DNA of 64,000 nucleotides from Polyangiaceae bacterium (GTDB lineage Bacteria; Myxococcota_A; Polyangia; Polyangiales; Polyangiaceae): NCBI GenBank assembly GCA_965222375.1, contig CBDCTZ010000011.1, positions 128,001 to 192,000 of the forward strand, read 5' to 3'. Shown piece by piece: positions 29,666 to 39,386 of this stretch (position 1 is its first letter; each line of letters starts with the position of its first letter). The notes under the pieces were generated by a model. It saw only the letters and a program-made list of their open reading frames with translations, ran no database searches and was not told where the DNA came from. The position numbers and the translations under genes were made by a program.

Positions 29666-30752
29666 CTAGACGCATTTGCCTGACTGCACGTGGCATTTCT
29701 TGCCGCCCGTGCATGGGCAATAGATGGGGATTTCGGTGTTGCCGTCGCACTTGTCTCGAATGATGCATTTCGTGGCGCCGCTGCAGAAATCGACTAGGCA
29801 CGTTTCGCACTTGTTAGTCGAATTGTTGCAATGGCTGAGAGGATCACCCGAGGCACACGTGACGGGGCATTCCACGGTGCCGCCACAGCCATCGTCCCTG
29901 ACTCCGCATTCCGTTGCTGCGCACGCCGCGAGCGGTGTGCAGGAGCAAACGCCCGCGCTGTTGCAGGAATTGGGCGAGATGCACGTTCCACAGTTCAAGG
30001 TGCCGCCGCAGCCGTCCGGAGCCGAGCCGCAGTTTCGGCCCAAGCCCGCGCAGGTCTTCGGAGTGCAACCGCACACGTTGGCTATGCCACCCCCCTTGCA
30101 AGTCTCCGGCAGAGTGCAGCTGCCGCAGTTGAGGATCTTGCCACAGCCGTCGGCTAACGCGCCGCAGTTCTTGCCCTCTCCGGCGCAGGTTTTCGGGACG
30201 CAAGGTTCTTTGCCGCACCTGTTGGGAGCGCCACCGCCACAGATCTGACCCGCGGGGCAGGTGCCGCACTCGAGGACGCCTCCGCAGCCGTCTGGGATGT
30301 CCCCACAAGAGCCGGTTTGACAGGTGGAGGGCACGCAACCGCACTGGTTGGGCGTGCCCGCGCCACCGCAGGTTTCTGGCAGCGTGCAGTCGCCGCAGTT
30401 GAGTGTTGCGCCGCAGCCATCGCTTGCCACGCCACAGGTGGCGCCAAGCGTGCCGCAAGTGTTGGACGTGCACTGCTGGGTGCCACACTTGTTCTGGCCA
30501 CCGCCGCCGCAGATTTCGCCCGACTCGCACGAACCGCAATCCACGGTTTCGCCGCAGCCATCGGGCGCAATGCCGCACTCAGCGCCCAGCTTCTCGCAGC
30601 TTGTGGGTATGCAATTGCCACTACCGGCGCCGCCGTCGGGGGGGCTCGGATTTGCTTTCGAACTTCTCACCGCAGCCGGTGAGCAGCAGCACCCCGAACA
30701 GCGTGAGCGCCAGGGGCGGTATCGCGACTAGTTTCGCCGACGCTCCTCCCAT
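29666..30752 (-). pseudogene. Cys-rich repeat lipoprotein (6 repeats) with +1 frameshift in a G7 run at 30638-30644
   Basis: ATG 30752 gives MGGASAKL...VLLLTGC lipobox; removing one base of the run joins it in frame to the 29666-30670 repeat ORF. Confidence 0.75.
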
Positions 30753-30815
30753 TTGCCTCAGGGTACCCTAGGCGCAGGCGAGGGGACAGGGATGTGGCGA
30801 TCTCACTGCCTGTCA

Positions 30816-30850
30816 CAAAAAGGCGCTGCCCACCCGAATGGGGTGGGCAG
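30816..30850 (-). terminator. Putative intrinsic terminator of the EF-hand gene
   Basis: 10-bp stem ctgcccaccc/gggtgggcag followed on the - strand by cgccttttt. Confidence 0.6.
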
Positions 30851-30892
30851 TTTGCACGGGGCGGTGCTCGGATGGGCAGCGCGGGAGGGCAG

Positions 30893-31660
30893 TTAGAGAG
30901 TAGGGCTCACGTCTTTGTCGATGCCGAAGCCCTTTCTGCGCTTCATGAACTTTCCGCGCTTGGCTTCGAAGTGAGCTTTCAGTTCATCTTTGCTCAGGGC
31001 TTTATCGCCGTTGGTATCGGCCTTTTCCAGCCAGGGGCGCTTGCGTTCGGGAACCTCGGATAGTTCGAGCAGTCCGTTCTTGTTCTCGTCGAGCTTGTCG
31101 AACCACTTGCCTGGATCCTTGCGGTGATGCATGCTGCGGAAGCCGCGCTTGCCGTGGCGAGGAAAGAGCTTGCCGTTCTGCCAAGCCGTCTCGATTTCGA
31201 CCTGGGTCAGCTTGCCGTCGTTATCGGCGTCGGCCACCTTGAGCCTTTCCCAGCGACGTCCAACTTCGTCTTCGGTCAGGAAGCCGTCGCCGTTGGAGTC
31301 GCGGCGCTCGAATTTCTTCTTCTTCATCGCGGTCCAGTGGGCCTTGAGCTCGGTCGTCGATAGGGCTCCGTCCTTATCGGTGTCCGCTCTGTCGAAGAAC
31401 TTGGCTTTGCGCTCGGGTAGCTCGCTGAGCTGCAAGACGCCATCTTCGTTTTCATCGAACTTCTCGATCAGTTTGGAAGGATCGTGAAAGGCGCGACGTT
31501 TTTTGGCGGCTTTCTCCGGGGCTACTGCTTCTTGCGCCAGCGGCTCCTCGACTTCGTCGAGATCCTTGGTGTCCACGGGGCCTTGGTTGCAGCCGACGGC
31601 CGCGAGCATGCTGGCTGCAGACAGGGCGATGAGGGCGGTGCGGAGCTTCGTGCGTTTCAT
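30893..31660 (-). CDS. EF-hand lipoprotein (six Ca-binding loops)
   Basis: AVGC lipobox; DENEDGVLQLSE, DTDKDGALSTTE, DSNGDGFLTEDE, DADNDGKLTQVE, DENKNGLLELSE, DTNGDKALSKDE. Confidence 0.9.
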   Translation of the reverse strand: MKRTKLRTALIALSAASMLAAVGCNQGPVDTKDLDEVEEPLAQEAVAPEKAAKKRRAFHDPSKLIEKFDENEDGVLQLSELPERKAKFFDRADTDKDGALSTTELKAHWTAMKKKKFERRDSNGDGFLTEDEVGRRWERLKVADADNDGKLTQVEIETAWQNGKLFPRHGKRGFRSMHHRKDPGKWFDKLDENKNGLLELSEVPERKRPWLEKADTNGDKALSKDELKAHFEAKRGKFMKRRKGFGIDKDVSPTL

Positions 31661-31667
31661 GTAGGTC

Positions 31668-31693
31668 AGACGTGGCAGGGGCCAAAAGCCCTA
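31668..31693 (-). promoter_or_regulatory. Putative ECF promoter TAGGG-N16-CGTCT for the EF-hand gene
   Basis: Motif ends 7 nt before ATG 31660; same motif and spacing upstream of the divergent sigma gene. Confidence 0.65.
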
Positions 31694-31786
31694 CGTTGAG
31701 AAATGTTAATTCCAAAATATCCAATAAATTCAGGTATTTATGTGGAAGGAAAAGCCGTCCTCGAAGTCGAAATGACGTGCTCGGCA

Positions 31787-31812
31787 TAGGGGCAGCGCCA
31801 TCCGAAGCGTCT
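31787..31812 (+). promoter_or_regulatory. Putative ECF autoregulatory promoter TAGGG-N16-CGTCT
   Basis: TAGGG gcagcgccatccgaag CGTCT upstream of the GGAGAG RBS and TTG 31846. Confidence 0.65.
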
Positions 31813-31845
31813 AGTTAAGGTGACCGCACAAGGTGGAGAGCCGCG

Positions 31846-32382
31846 TTGGACTCACTCGAACAGGCACGGCTCCGCGTGGAGCGCGGAGAGCACGCTGCCT
31901 TCCAGAGCATCGTAGAGGAGACCAGCGACATGCTCGTTCGCCTCAGTGCGCGAATGCTGGGAGACGTTACCGATGCAGAAGATGTCGTTCAGGAGGCTTT
32001 CGTGAAGGCGTACAACACGCTGACCGCGGGCACGTTCGACGGGCGCTCATCCCTGAAGACCTGGTTGTACCGAGTCGTCACCAATGGCTCCATCGATGCG
32101 CTGCGCAAGCGCAAGCGCAAGGCGGAAGTGCCCGAAGACGTGATGTCGGAGATGGCGGACGGAAGTGCCGCGCCGGCACTGGAAGCTAGACTCGCTCTTC
32201 GCGAGCTGGCCGAGTACCTCGACGGGCTTCCTGAGGAACAGCGGGCAGCCATCGTTCTCAAAGTGGTGGAAGGTCTTTCGACGGCGGAGGTCGCCGAGAT
32301 CATGGGTACGAGCGAGGGTGCTGTTGAACAGCGCCTGGTTCGAGCTCGCGTATACTTGCGGGGCAGAAGGAGTACAGCGTGA
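31846..32382 (+). CDS. ECF RNA polymerase sigma factor
   Basis: AEDVVQEAF, FDGRSSLKTWLYRVVTN, LPEEQR...EVAEIMG...RLVRAR. Confidence 0.92.
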   Translation: MDSLEQARLRVERGEHAAFQSIVEETSDMLVRLSARMLGDVTDAEDVVQEAFVKAYNTLTAGTFDGRSSLKTWLYRVVTNGSIDALRKRKRKAEVPEDVMSEMADGSAAPALEARLALRELAEYLDGLPEEQRAAIVLKVVEGLSTAEVAEIMGTSEGAVEQRLVRARVYLRGRRSTA

Positions 32383-32654
32383 CAGGTGACGGGGACGAAG
32401 TGGACGAGAGGCTGGAGCGGCTCGCCGGACGGACCGCGGGAGTGAGGGCGGGCCCGCAGTTCTCGGCTCGGGTCATGAAGAGCCTGCCCCGGTCGGAGCC
32501 TGCTGGCCTGTGGCTCGACCTCAGCGCGTCCGCGAAGTGGCTCATGCCGGTGTTCGCGGTGGCGGCAGCGGTTGCAGTGGCGCTGGCCGTGTCAGCCCAA
32601 GACGCCAGCAGCGAGGCCATTGCCAGCACGGAAACGGCGGAGCTCGAATGGTAA
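32379..32654 (+). CDS. Putative anti-sigma factor (single TM)
   Basis: Overlaps the sigma stop; P.FSARVM motif followed by a TM helix. Confidence 0.7.
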   Translation: MTGDGDEVDERLERLAGRTAGVRAGPQFSARVMKSLPRSEPAGLWLDLSASAKWLMPVFAVAAAVAVALAVSAQDASSEAIASTETAELEW

Positions 32655-33067
32655 AGGGGAAGCGAATTCGCGCCATCGGGCTGCTCCTCGGCGTGTTCTT
32701 GCTCGGTGGGATTGCCGGAGCGGCGACGACCCATGTGGTCGCCCATCGAGGCATGCGAGGCATGATGAGTCGCAAAGGCTTCGAGCATAGGCGCGTGCGC
32801 GCACTGGCTCGGCGCTTGGACTTGTCGAGGGAGCAGACAGCGAAGGTGCGCGAGATTCTGAATCGGCGGGGCGAGGAACGGCGCAAGCTGATGGACGAGA
32901 TGCGCGAGGAGTGCGGCGAGCCGATGGTCGAGCACCGCAAGAAGACCGACGACGAGATCCGAGCGCTCTTGACCGACGAGCAGAAGCCCAAGTTCGAGAA
33001 GCTACTCGAGCGTCGTGGCCGACGTGGTCCTCACCGCGGCCGGCATCGTGGGCCGCCACGTGACTAG
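32648..33067 (+). CDS. Spy/CpxP/heavy-metal-resistance-like periplasmic helical protein
   Basis: N-terminal TM VFLLGGIAG; LDLSREQTAKVREIL and IRALLTDEQKPKFEKL (LTxxQ-like). Confidence 0.75.
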   Translation: MVKGKRIRAIGLLLGVFLLGGIAGAATTHVVAHRGMRGMMSRKGFEHRRVRALARRLDLSREQTAKVREILNRRGEERRKLMDEMREECGEPMVEHRKKTDDEIRALLTDEQKPKFEKLLERRGRRGPHRGRHRGPPRD

Positions 33068-33504
33068 AGATCGAAGATGATCTGGGCGCGGTAGCCACCC
33101 CGATTCGCGTCGAAGCACGCTTCGTGAAGCGTGACAGCCTTGAGCTCGAGGCCTTCCGCATGCAGGTCGGAATCGTACTTGCCGACGCCGACCACTATCC
33201 GCGCTCCAGAGCCCTCGTCGATTGAGTGAACCTCGCAGCTCTGTGGGATGATGCCGTCTCGATCGAAGCGGAACAGCAGTTCGCGGAGAACGTCGACCGC
33301 AATCGACCAGAGTGGGCCGGCTTCGACTTCCACTTCGACGTCGGTCTTGTGAGGGACGCTCGCCCCTCCGGCCAAGAGTTGCCCCAGGGCGAGTACCAGA
33401 CGCGCGAGAGTTTCCTCCTTGGACTCGCCTTGGACGACCACACCCGCGTCCGCGGTGTGGTCGATCTCCTCGTAGGGCTGCGGGCTCTGCCAGCGCGGGG
33501 ACAT
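33064..33504 (-). CDS. Archease (RtcB activator)
   Basis: YEEIDHTADAG N-terminus, ELKAVTLH, IIFDL C-terminus. Confidence 0.9.
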   Translation of the reverse strand: MSPRWQSPQPYEEIDHTADAGVVVQGESKEETLARLVLALGQLLAGGASVPHKTDVEVEVEAGPLWSIAVDVLRELLFRFDRDGIIPQSCEVHSIDEGSGARIVVGVGKYDSDLHAEGLELKAVTLHEACFDANRGGYRAQIIFDL

Positions 33505-33514
33505 GCGCGCCGCT

Positions 33515-34156
33515 TCACCAATCTTCGCAAGCGAAGCTCAGGCAGGGGTGGGGATTGGCAGCTGCGGCTTCCTGCTCGAGGCGCTGCCACTCCTTCTTCC
33601 CATCCGCGCTACCGTCGGACAGCGCCTTTTCGATCTTGCTGATCAGTTCCGAGTAGCGGGCGCGCACCTGGTTGGTCAGGGCGGAGCGCTTCTTTTCGAA
33701 CTCCTTCGCCTCGTCGCTGCTGCCGGGGCAAAAATACGAGAAGCGCGTGGACTCGTGGTACTTCAGCACCGAGTCCGCGACGGAGCGGAATTGGGCTTCG
33801 CAATCCTTCGCCGCCACGTCGCAGGGGGCTGGGACCTTCTTGGCAGTGGTCGCGATGGTTGCCAGCTGACCACGAACCATTTTGAACAAGCGTTCGTAAT
33901 TCTGCTGTGCTCGTTCCGACACGCCGTCCGGGATTTCCATGGTTGGCTCGTCGGGCGTGTCTTCGACGCGATCCGGGGCGGGCCCGACCAGATCTTCTTT
34001 GGGGCCCTCGGTGGGCTGCTCCGGAACTGCTACCTCGGTGCTGCTGCCGGGGGGAGCTTCCGCCGGCGGTTTGGGACCACAGGAAAGAACCGCGAGCGAC
34101 GAGCTCAAGAACAGTGCTCGCCGCTCGAGGATTCGGCGCCTGTCGCGATCCGTCAT
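33515..34156 (-). CDS. Hypothetical lipoprotein
   Basis: RRRILERRALFLSSSLAVLSC; helical body; C-terminal PHPCLS. Confidence 0.7.
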   Translation of the reverse strand: MTDRDRRRILERRALFLSSSLAVLSCGPKPPAEAPPGSSTEVAVPEQPTEGPKEDLVGPAPDRVEDTPDEPTMEIPDGVSERAQQNYERLFKMVRGQLATIATTAKKVPAPCDVAAKDCEAQFRSVADSVLKYHESTRFSYFCPGSSDEAKEFEKKRSALTNQVRARYSELISKIEKALSDGSADGKKEWQRLEQEAAAANPHPCLSFACEDW

Positions 34157-34163
34157 CCCGGAC

Positions 34164-34820
34164 CTAGAGGGGTTCGACCTCGCACTGTTTGTTCTTACAG
34201 ACGGCTTTGACCGCGAGACACGCCGGCGTGATGAACCCGCACACGGGCACATAGCCGGAGCAGTAGTCCTTGTTGGCCTGAGCCAGAGCGGCTTGATAGG
34301 TCTTCTCGCCGCTGGTGGCGATGGCCGTCTGACAGCCGCCGGCGCACTGAGAACCGGCGCCGATCAGCTTGCAGTCGCCCGCGACGCTGCACTTGCCGTT
34401 GGCCTTGCGCGCGGCCTCGATGGCGGCGCTCACGGCCTTCAGTGCGTCTGAGCAGCTCAGGCATCCGTCCTTGGTCGGCACGGTCTTGGCGGCGCACCCC
34501 GCGTCTGTTCCGCCATCGGTGCCCGCACTGCCGCCGGCGCCAGATGTGCCCGCGCCGCCATCGGTGCCCGCGCCGCCACCTGCGCCGCTGGACCCGGAGC
34601 TGCCCGCTGTGCCGCCAGTGTTCGAACCGGAGCTTCCGCCGCTGCCCGCGCTGCCACCCGTGGAGCCGCCGCTGCCACCTGTCGAACCTCCGCTACCGGC
34701 GCTGCCACCCGTGGAGCTTCCGCCGCTGCCGCTCGCGTCGTCTTCAGAGCCGCAGCCCGGCACGAGGGCCACGCTGAGTGCTGTTGTCAAAGCAAAACAA
34801 GTCCAAGTCGAAAGTCGCAT
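34164..34820 (-). CDS. Lipoprotein with Gly-rich linker and small Cys-rich domain
   Basis: VPGC lipobox, GGSTGGS linker, about 10 Cys; TACACT 7 nt before ATG. Confidence 0.78.
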   Translation of the reverse strand: MRLSTWTCFALTTALSVALVPGCGSEDDASGSGGSSTGGSAGSGGSTGGSGGSTGGSAGSGGSSGSNTGGTAGSSGSSGAGGGAGTDGGAGTSGAGGSAGTDGGTDAGCAAKTVPTKDGCLSCSDALKAVSAAIEAARKANGKCSVAGDCKLIGAGSQCAGGCQTAIATSGEKTYQAALAQANKDYCSGYVPVCGFITPACLAVKAVCKNKQCEVEPL

Positions 34821-34971
34821 GTAGGTGAGTGTACGCGGCGCGCGGGGGATTTTCAAATCTCGCCTGTTTTCTGGCGAATCTCTCTCAAACCGAGTCGCAT
34901 CCGCATCGACCGGTCGCCCGCGCCCAAGACTCCGCGCACCCGTTAGGACGCGCAGCCTTGCGTGGGGCAAC

Positions 34972-35232
34972 CTAGTGGTGAACGGCGGATCGCCGCCGCC
35001 GCGCGTCACGAAGCAGCAAGACTAGCGCCGCACAAAACGGAGCAGCGATTGCCAAGCAAGTGCCAACCACCACCATCGCTGGGGTGATCACTTCAGCGCA
35101 CAGCCAAAAAATCGGTGCGCCCACCGCATAGAACCCGACTTCAATCATGACCCAGTGGCCGAATCCGAAACCGTCGCTGGGCTCCAGGTCTTCCTTTCCA
35201 GGCGTTGCCGGCTGTTCTTTGCGTAGCCTCAC
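34972..35232 (-). CDS. Possible small two-TM membrane protein
   Basis: Two hydrophobic segments; no recognisable motif. Confidence 0.3.
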   Translation of the reverse strand: MRLRKEQPATPGKEDLEPSDGFGFGHWVMIEVGFYAVGAPIFWLCAEVITPAMVVVGTCLAIAAPFCAALVLLLRDARRRRSAVHH

Positions 35233-35421
35233 CCGAATAGGTCGGCCTCCTACGAAATCCGTGCTCCGCTCACAACGTCAAGCTGGCCACGAAACCGAGC
35301 GGTGCAAGCGGACCGGTTCGCAGGACCTCCAAGCGAGTCCGAGAGCGGGGCCGTTGTGGGCCCGCCACACCTCCCCCGGGGCGCCGGCGCCCAGCGTGTC
35401 GGTCAGGTTTTTCTGGACCGG

Positions 35422-37120
35422 TCATGTCGCCCCGTTGCGCTGGCGTGTACGAAGCTCTGGGACCAGCAGCGCGAGAGCCTGCCGCAAGAGGTCCGCCAAG
35501 TGCTCCGCGCCGCGCGTTACCGGTTTCTTGGCGCCCCAGCGCGGCCACGGCTCGCTTCGACTCCCCGCGCCGAAAGCCCATGTTTGTCAGCGCGCTCAAC
35601 AGCTTGGATTCGAGCTCGGTTGAGTCCATTTGATCACGCGCTTCGCCCCTTGGCCAGAGCTCCGACCCCGGCTCGGCAGCTCCGCCCGCCTCATGCTCGA
35701 GACAGCGGAGTGATTCACTCGCGCGGAGTCTATTCGCGTCGTCCGAGGCACAGCTGGGTGCGTGGGAAGTTGCGGTTTCGTCGGTGTCACCTGGGTGGGA
35801 GGTCAGAGCGTCGGCTAGCGTGGGCGGGTCAGCGTTGCTTCCGCCACTCGTCTGTCCATGTCCGTGCCGCGATTCGCCATCCAACCTCTGCTGGCGAAGG
35901 CGAATTGCACCGCCCACGGAATCCCGTTCGACAACCTCCTGGACGCTGCTCTGTCGAGGTGACTCGGGCCCAGCCCCGCCGCCGGCTGTCAGGACCGCGC
36001 TGTCCTCTTCTGCTGCGCGTCGCGATTCGCCGCCCAACCGTTGCTGGCGACGGCGAATTCTACTCTCGATGTACCTCCCTCCGAATACCTTCTCGGCCTC
36101 GAACAAGTTGTGTGCGCGGCACAGCAAACGCCCGTTGTCGGTCGTGCCAGCCCCACCAAGCGCTCGTGGGTTTCCGTGGTCGAGCTGCACGAACGCTCTC
36201 GCTCGGCAGCGCTCACCGCTCGGCGAAACGTAGGTGCAACGCTCGCCATCGCGCTCGTAGATCTCCCTGCGGGCCTCGCGAGAGAACTCGCCGTGCTTGG
36301 TGCCACGGCTCTGTCTCGGGTGATTGGTCTTGCCGTGTTTCTTCTTTTCAAGATCCGCCAACAGCAGGTCAAGCCCCCGTTCGATGACCGTTGCCAAGTC
36401 TTGCTTCGGATTCGAGTGGCTCATCAAATCGAGCGCGCGCTCGAGCTTCTCTTTCAGCGCAGGACCGGCAGAAAACTGGATGTGAAAGCGCTGTGCGGCA
36501 AGCGGTGACACCCGAGGCCTAGGCTCATGGAGTTCAACGGTCGCCACCCCCGAAGCTCCAGGGGCCGATTGGCCGGCGGCCGCGGGGGCAACGGCTTCCG
36601 ACCCTGAGTCCGATGCAACTGATTGGCCCGCAGCCGCGCCATCGCCTCCAAGGTGCGCTTGGACGGGCATCGGACGGATCGCGTCTGCCACATCTGGCCG
36701 CGGAAACCGCGAGCGAATCAGCAACTCGACCTCGGCTTTGCTCTTGTCGCAGGCCGCCGCGAGCAACTCGGCGTGGTTTTCGACCGAAAGGTACCTCTGC
36801 AACATGCTGAGCGCCGTCACGTGGATCCGTCCCTCTCGCAGCGGGCCCAGCACCATTGGGTATTTGCGTGCGATGCGGGCAGCTGCAATGTGCCGATGAG
36901 CGCTGCCCTCGCTGAGCTTCAGCTTCCGGCAGCAGAACTCATACATGGAGGAACACGCCTCCCTCAGCTCCAACCGCCGCGCTTCCACCTCACCGAGGTA
37001 AGCCACGAGCTGTGCAGTGATCCTGCGCCGCGAGCCAATCACGCTGCCCAGATTGGCCAGGACTTCATCGTCCGAGAGATGAGCCATGCGTTTCGACGTT
37101 TCTGGTGCAGTGAGTGTCAT
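35422..37120 (-). CDS. HNH endonuclease-domain protein (DUF222-like N-terminus, RuvA-C-like tail); likely +1 frameshift near 35535
   Basis: LSDDEVL...YLGEVEARRL...SSMYEFC; RDGERCTYVS..G.RC....QLDH..P...GG....N.RLLCRAHN; tail LLSALTNMGF then EHLADLLRQALALL in the shifted frame, stop at 35422. Confidence 0.8.
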
Positions 37121-37385
37121 GCCTACGTGCCTAACACGCACTTTTTCGGCTCCTGAGGTGACACGCTGCGTGGCGATCGCAACGCTGATCGACGCGCGCG
37201 CCGTCTCGCGACTGAAACCGCAAACGCGAGTCACACACGCGCGGCAAGCGTGTACAAATACTCACGCCGGCGTTTTGCGCGCGCGCGCGCGAAAACCTGT
37301 CAACAAGATTCTCAACAAAAAGGTGCGAGTCGATGGCGCAACCTGAGCCGAAGAGGCGCGAGGCCCGTGCGCCGCTTGCGCTCAG

Positions 37386-37493
37386 CGCGCTCGCATTGTT
37401 GCTCGACCTCCACTGGCGCTCAGCGATCTAGCGTGCTGCTCGATCTCCGCCTGCGGTGCACGCGCTCACATTGTTGCTCGACCTCCGCTGGCG
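37386..37493. repeat. Three-copy 17-bp core repeat with 37-38 bp period
   Basis: tgttgctcgacctccac (37397), tgctgctcgatctccgc (37434), tgttgctcgacctccgc (37472); copies 1 and 3 match over 33 bp. Confidence 0.75.
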
Positions 37494-38158
37494 AAGGCTA
37501 GTTGCACTGTCGATGTACTCCTCCAAATACCACTCTATGCGTCGAACGAGCTGACACTCGCGGCGCCGGCGCCTCGGCGGAGGTGCGGAGGTGGCGGGCC
37601 TCCCAAGGGCCCGACGCACCGCAGCCCATCAGCCGGCAAGACGCCCATCGCCGGCGCGAATCTCCGCAACTCAGCGTCGCAGTCGCCCCCGACAAGTTGT
37701 CCCACCCGGGGTGGGCCCCCGTACAAATTTCGCGCAACCGACATAACCAATGGGCCGAGCAAGTTGCCCACCCGCCCTGGGACTTCTGTGTTGAAGTTCG
37801 TTGCTAGTCAGCCTCTCTCCCTATCAGCCTCCCGGCACACGGCGGAGCGGCGCGTTTGCCCCGATGGCCCGTTCGCGGGCCAACGCCGAAGCTCTCGACC
37901 TCCGCCAGGAGTGGTCCAGGCATTGCTGCGGAAGACGCCCCACGTTGCACCGCGATGAACCGTCGATGACGGCAGCTTCCGCCACATTCCCAAAAACACC
38001 AGCGAAGGACTGGGTGGTCCGCGGCGCATGCTCCTAGAAGAAGCGCACGGTCAACCCGGTCCCGCTAAACATGAGCCCGGGGGTGGGCCTCCGCTAAAAA
38101 ATGCGCGCAACTGACTCCGCAGGGTGCGGATCTCAATGCTCCCCCGCCCCTGGGGCTT

Positions 38159-39379
38159 TCAGCGGAACGTGACCTTGGCGCCGTCGGTGACGCGATCGCT
38201 GGGGTGCAGCACGATTCGCGTATTCGCGGACAGGCCCTCGAGAACCTCTACGCTCAGGCCACTGTTGTGCCCAAGCTTCAACTCGCGCCTACGAGCCACG
38301 CCTCCTTCGACGACAAACACTGCGAAGCCATCTCCAGATTGGAACAGCGCACTCGTCGGGATGCGTAAGACATCCTGCGCCTCCCAAATCACGATCTTCG
38401 CTTCCACGCGGAATCCGTCCATCAAGGCCGTCCACTTTTTGTACGGATCGCGTAGGTCGATCACGGCGTTGACTCGTTGCTCCTCCACCCCCAAGGCGGA
38501 GAGGCGCGTGAATGCCGAGGGCTCCACCAAGCGCACTTGTGCCTTCAACGGCTCGCCTCCCCAGCGCAGGATCTCGACGCGGGAACCGGGGCGGATGCGT
38601 ACGGCGTCGCTGGTGAGCACGTCGACCACGACCTCGAGGGCGGCTGGATCTCCGACTTCCACCAAAGGAGCACCCGCCTGCACGACGCCCTCGCTCTCGT
38701 GCACCACCCGCAACACGCGGCCTGCTACGGGGCTCGGGACTTCCATGGAGTCCGCCGCGCCCTTCTTCTTGTTCATCGCGCCAAGCGCAGCCCTTGCCAT
38801 CTGCACTTCATAGGTGGCAACCTTGGAACCAAATTCGGCGCTAGAGACTTCCGCGCTGCGCGCGCGCTCTTCCAAAATGGCTTGCTCCGTATCGGCCTTG
38901 GTGTTGATGCCTTCCTTGGAGAGCTGCCTAGCTCGGTCGGCGGTCCGCTTTGCGAAGCTATGCGCGGCCTTGGCACGCTCGATCTGTGCCTTTGCCTGAC
39001 GTCGTGCGGCTTCCGTCGCGCGCAGGCGCGCTTGGGCCTCGGCCTTGCTGCGGGTGTCCAACAGTGGAGACTGCAGAGGCACCAAGCGGGCAATCACTTG
39101 TCCGGGTTTGACCTTGTCGCCCGGGCGCAACTCGATCCGAGCCAAGTTGCCCGACAACGGCGCGGATATCACGTAGCGGTCTTTGACCCGACTTTTTCCG
39201 TCTTCGTTGACGGTGACGACCAAGGGGCCACGTTCGGCGACGGTCGTCTCGACGACTGCCGGTTTGGGCAAGAAGGAGATGACGATCATCGCCAAGAGGC
39301 CAATGCCAAGCACGCCAAAGAAGACGCGTCGGAGCCACTTGCCAATCCAGCGTCGATTGTTCTTCTTGCCCTCCGTCAT
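38159..39379 (-). CDS. HlyD/MacA-like periplasmic adaptor (MFP)
   Basis: N-terminal TM, lipoyl-like halves ISAPLSG and VPSPVAG, coiled coil, SALGVEEQRV. Confidence 0.9.
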   Translation of the reverse strand: MTEGKKNNRRWIGKWLRRVFFGVLGIGLLAMIVISFLPKPAVVETTVAERGPLVVTVNEDGKSRVKDRYVISAPLSGNLARIELRPGDKVKPGQVIARLVPLQSPLLDTRSKAEAQARLRATEAARRQAKAQIERAKAAHSFAKRTADRARQLSKEGINTKADTEQAILEERARSAEVSSAEFGSKVATYEVQMARAALGAMNKKKGAADSMEVPSPVAGRVLRVVHESEGVVQAGAPLVEVGDPAALEVVVDVLTSDAVRIRPGSRVEILRWGGEPLKAQVRLVEPSAFTRLSALGVEEQRVNAVIDLRDPYKKWTALMDGFRVEAKIVIWEAQDVLRIPTSALFQSGDGFAVFVVEGGVARRRELKLGHNSGLSVEVLEGLSANTRIVLHPSDRVTDGAKVTFR

Positions 39380-39386
39380 CGTTCCG

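Noticed and set aside
37386..37493. Possible mini CRISPR array
   Set aside because: Period 37-38 bp is too short, spacers are not unique, and no cas genes are present
37500..37570. - strand peptide RRIEWYLEEY resembling a motif of CHAT-domain proteins
   Set aside because: Too short, with no start or surrounding domain; at most a gene remnant
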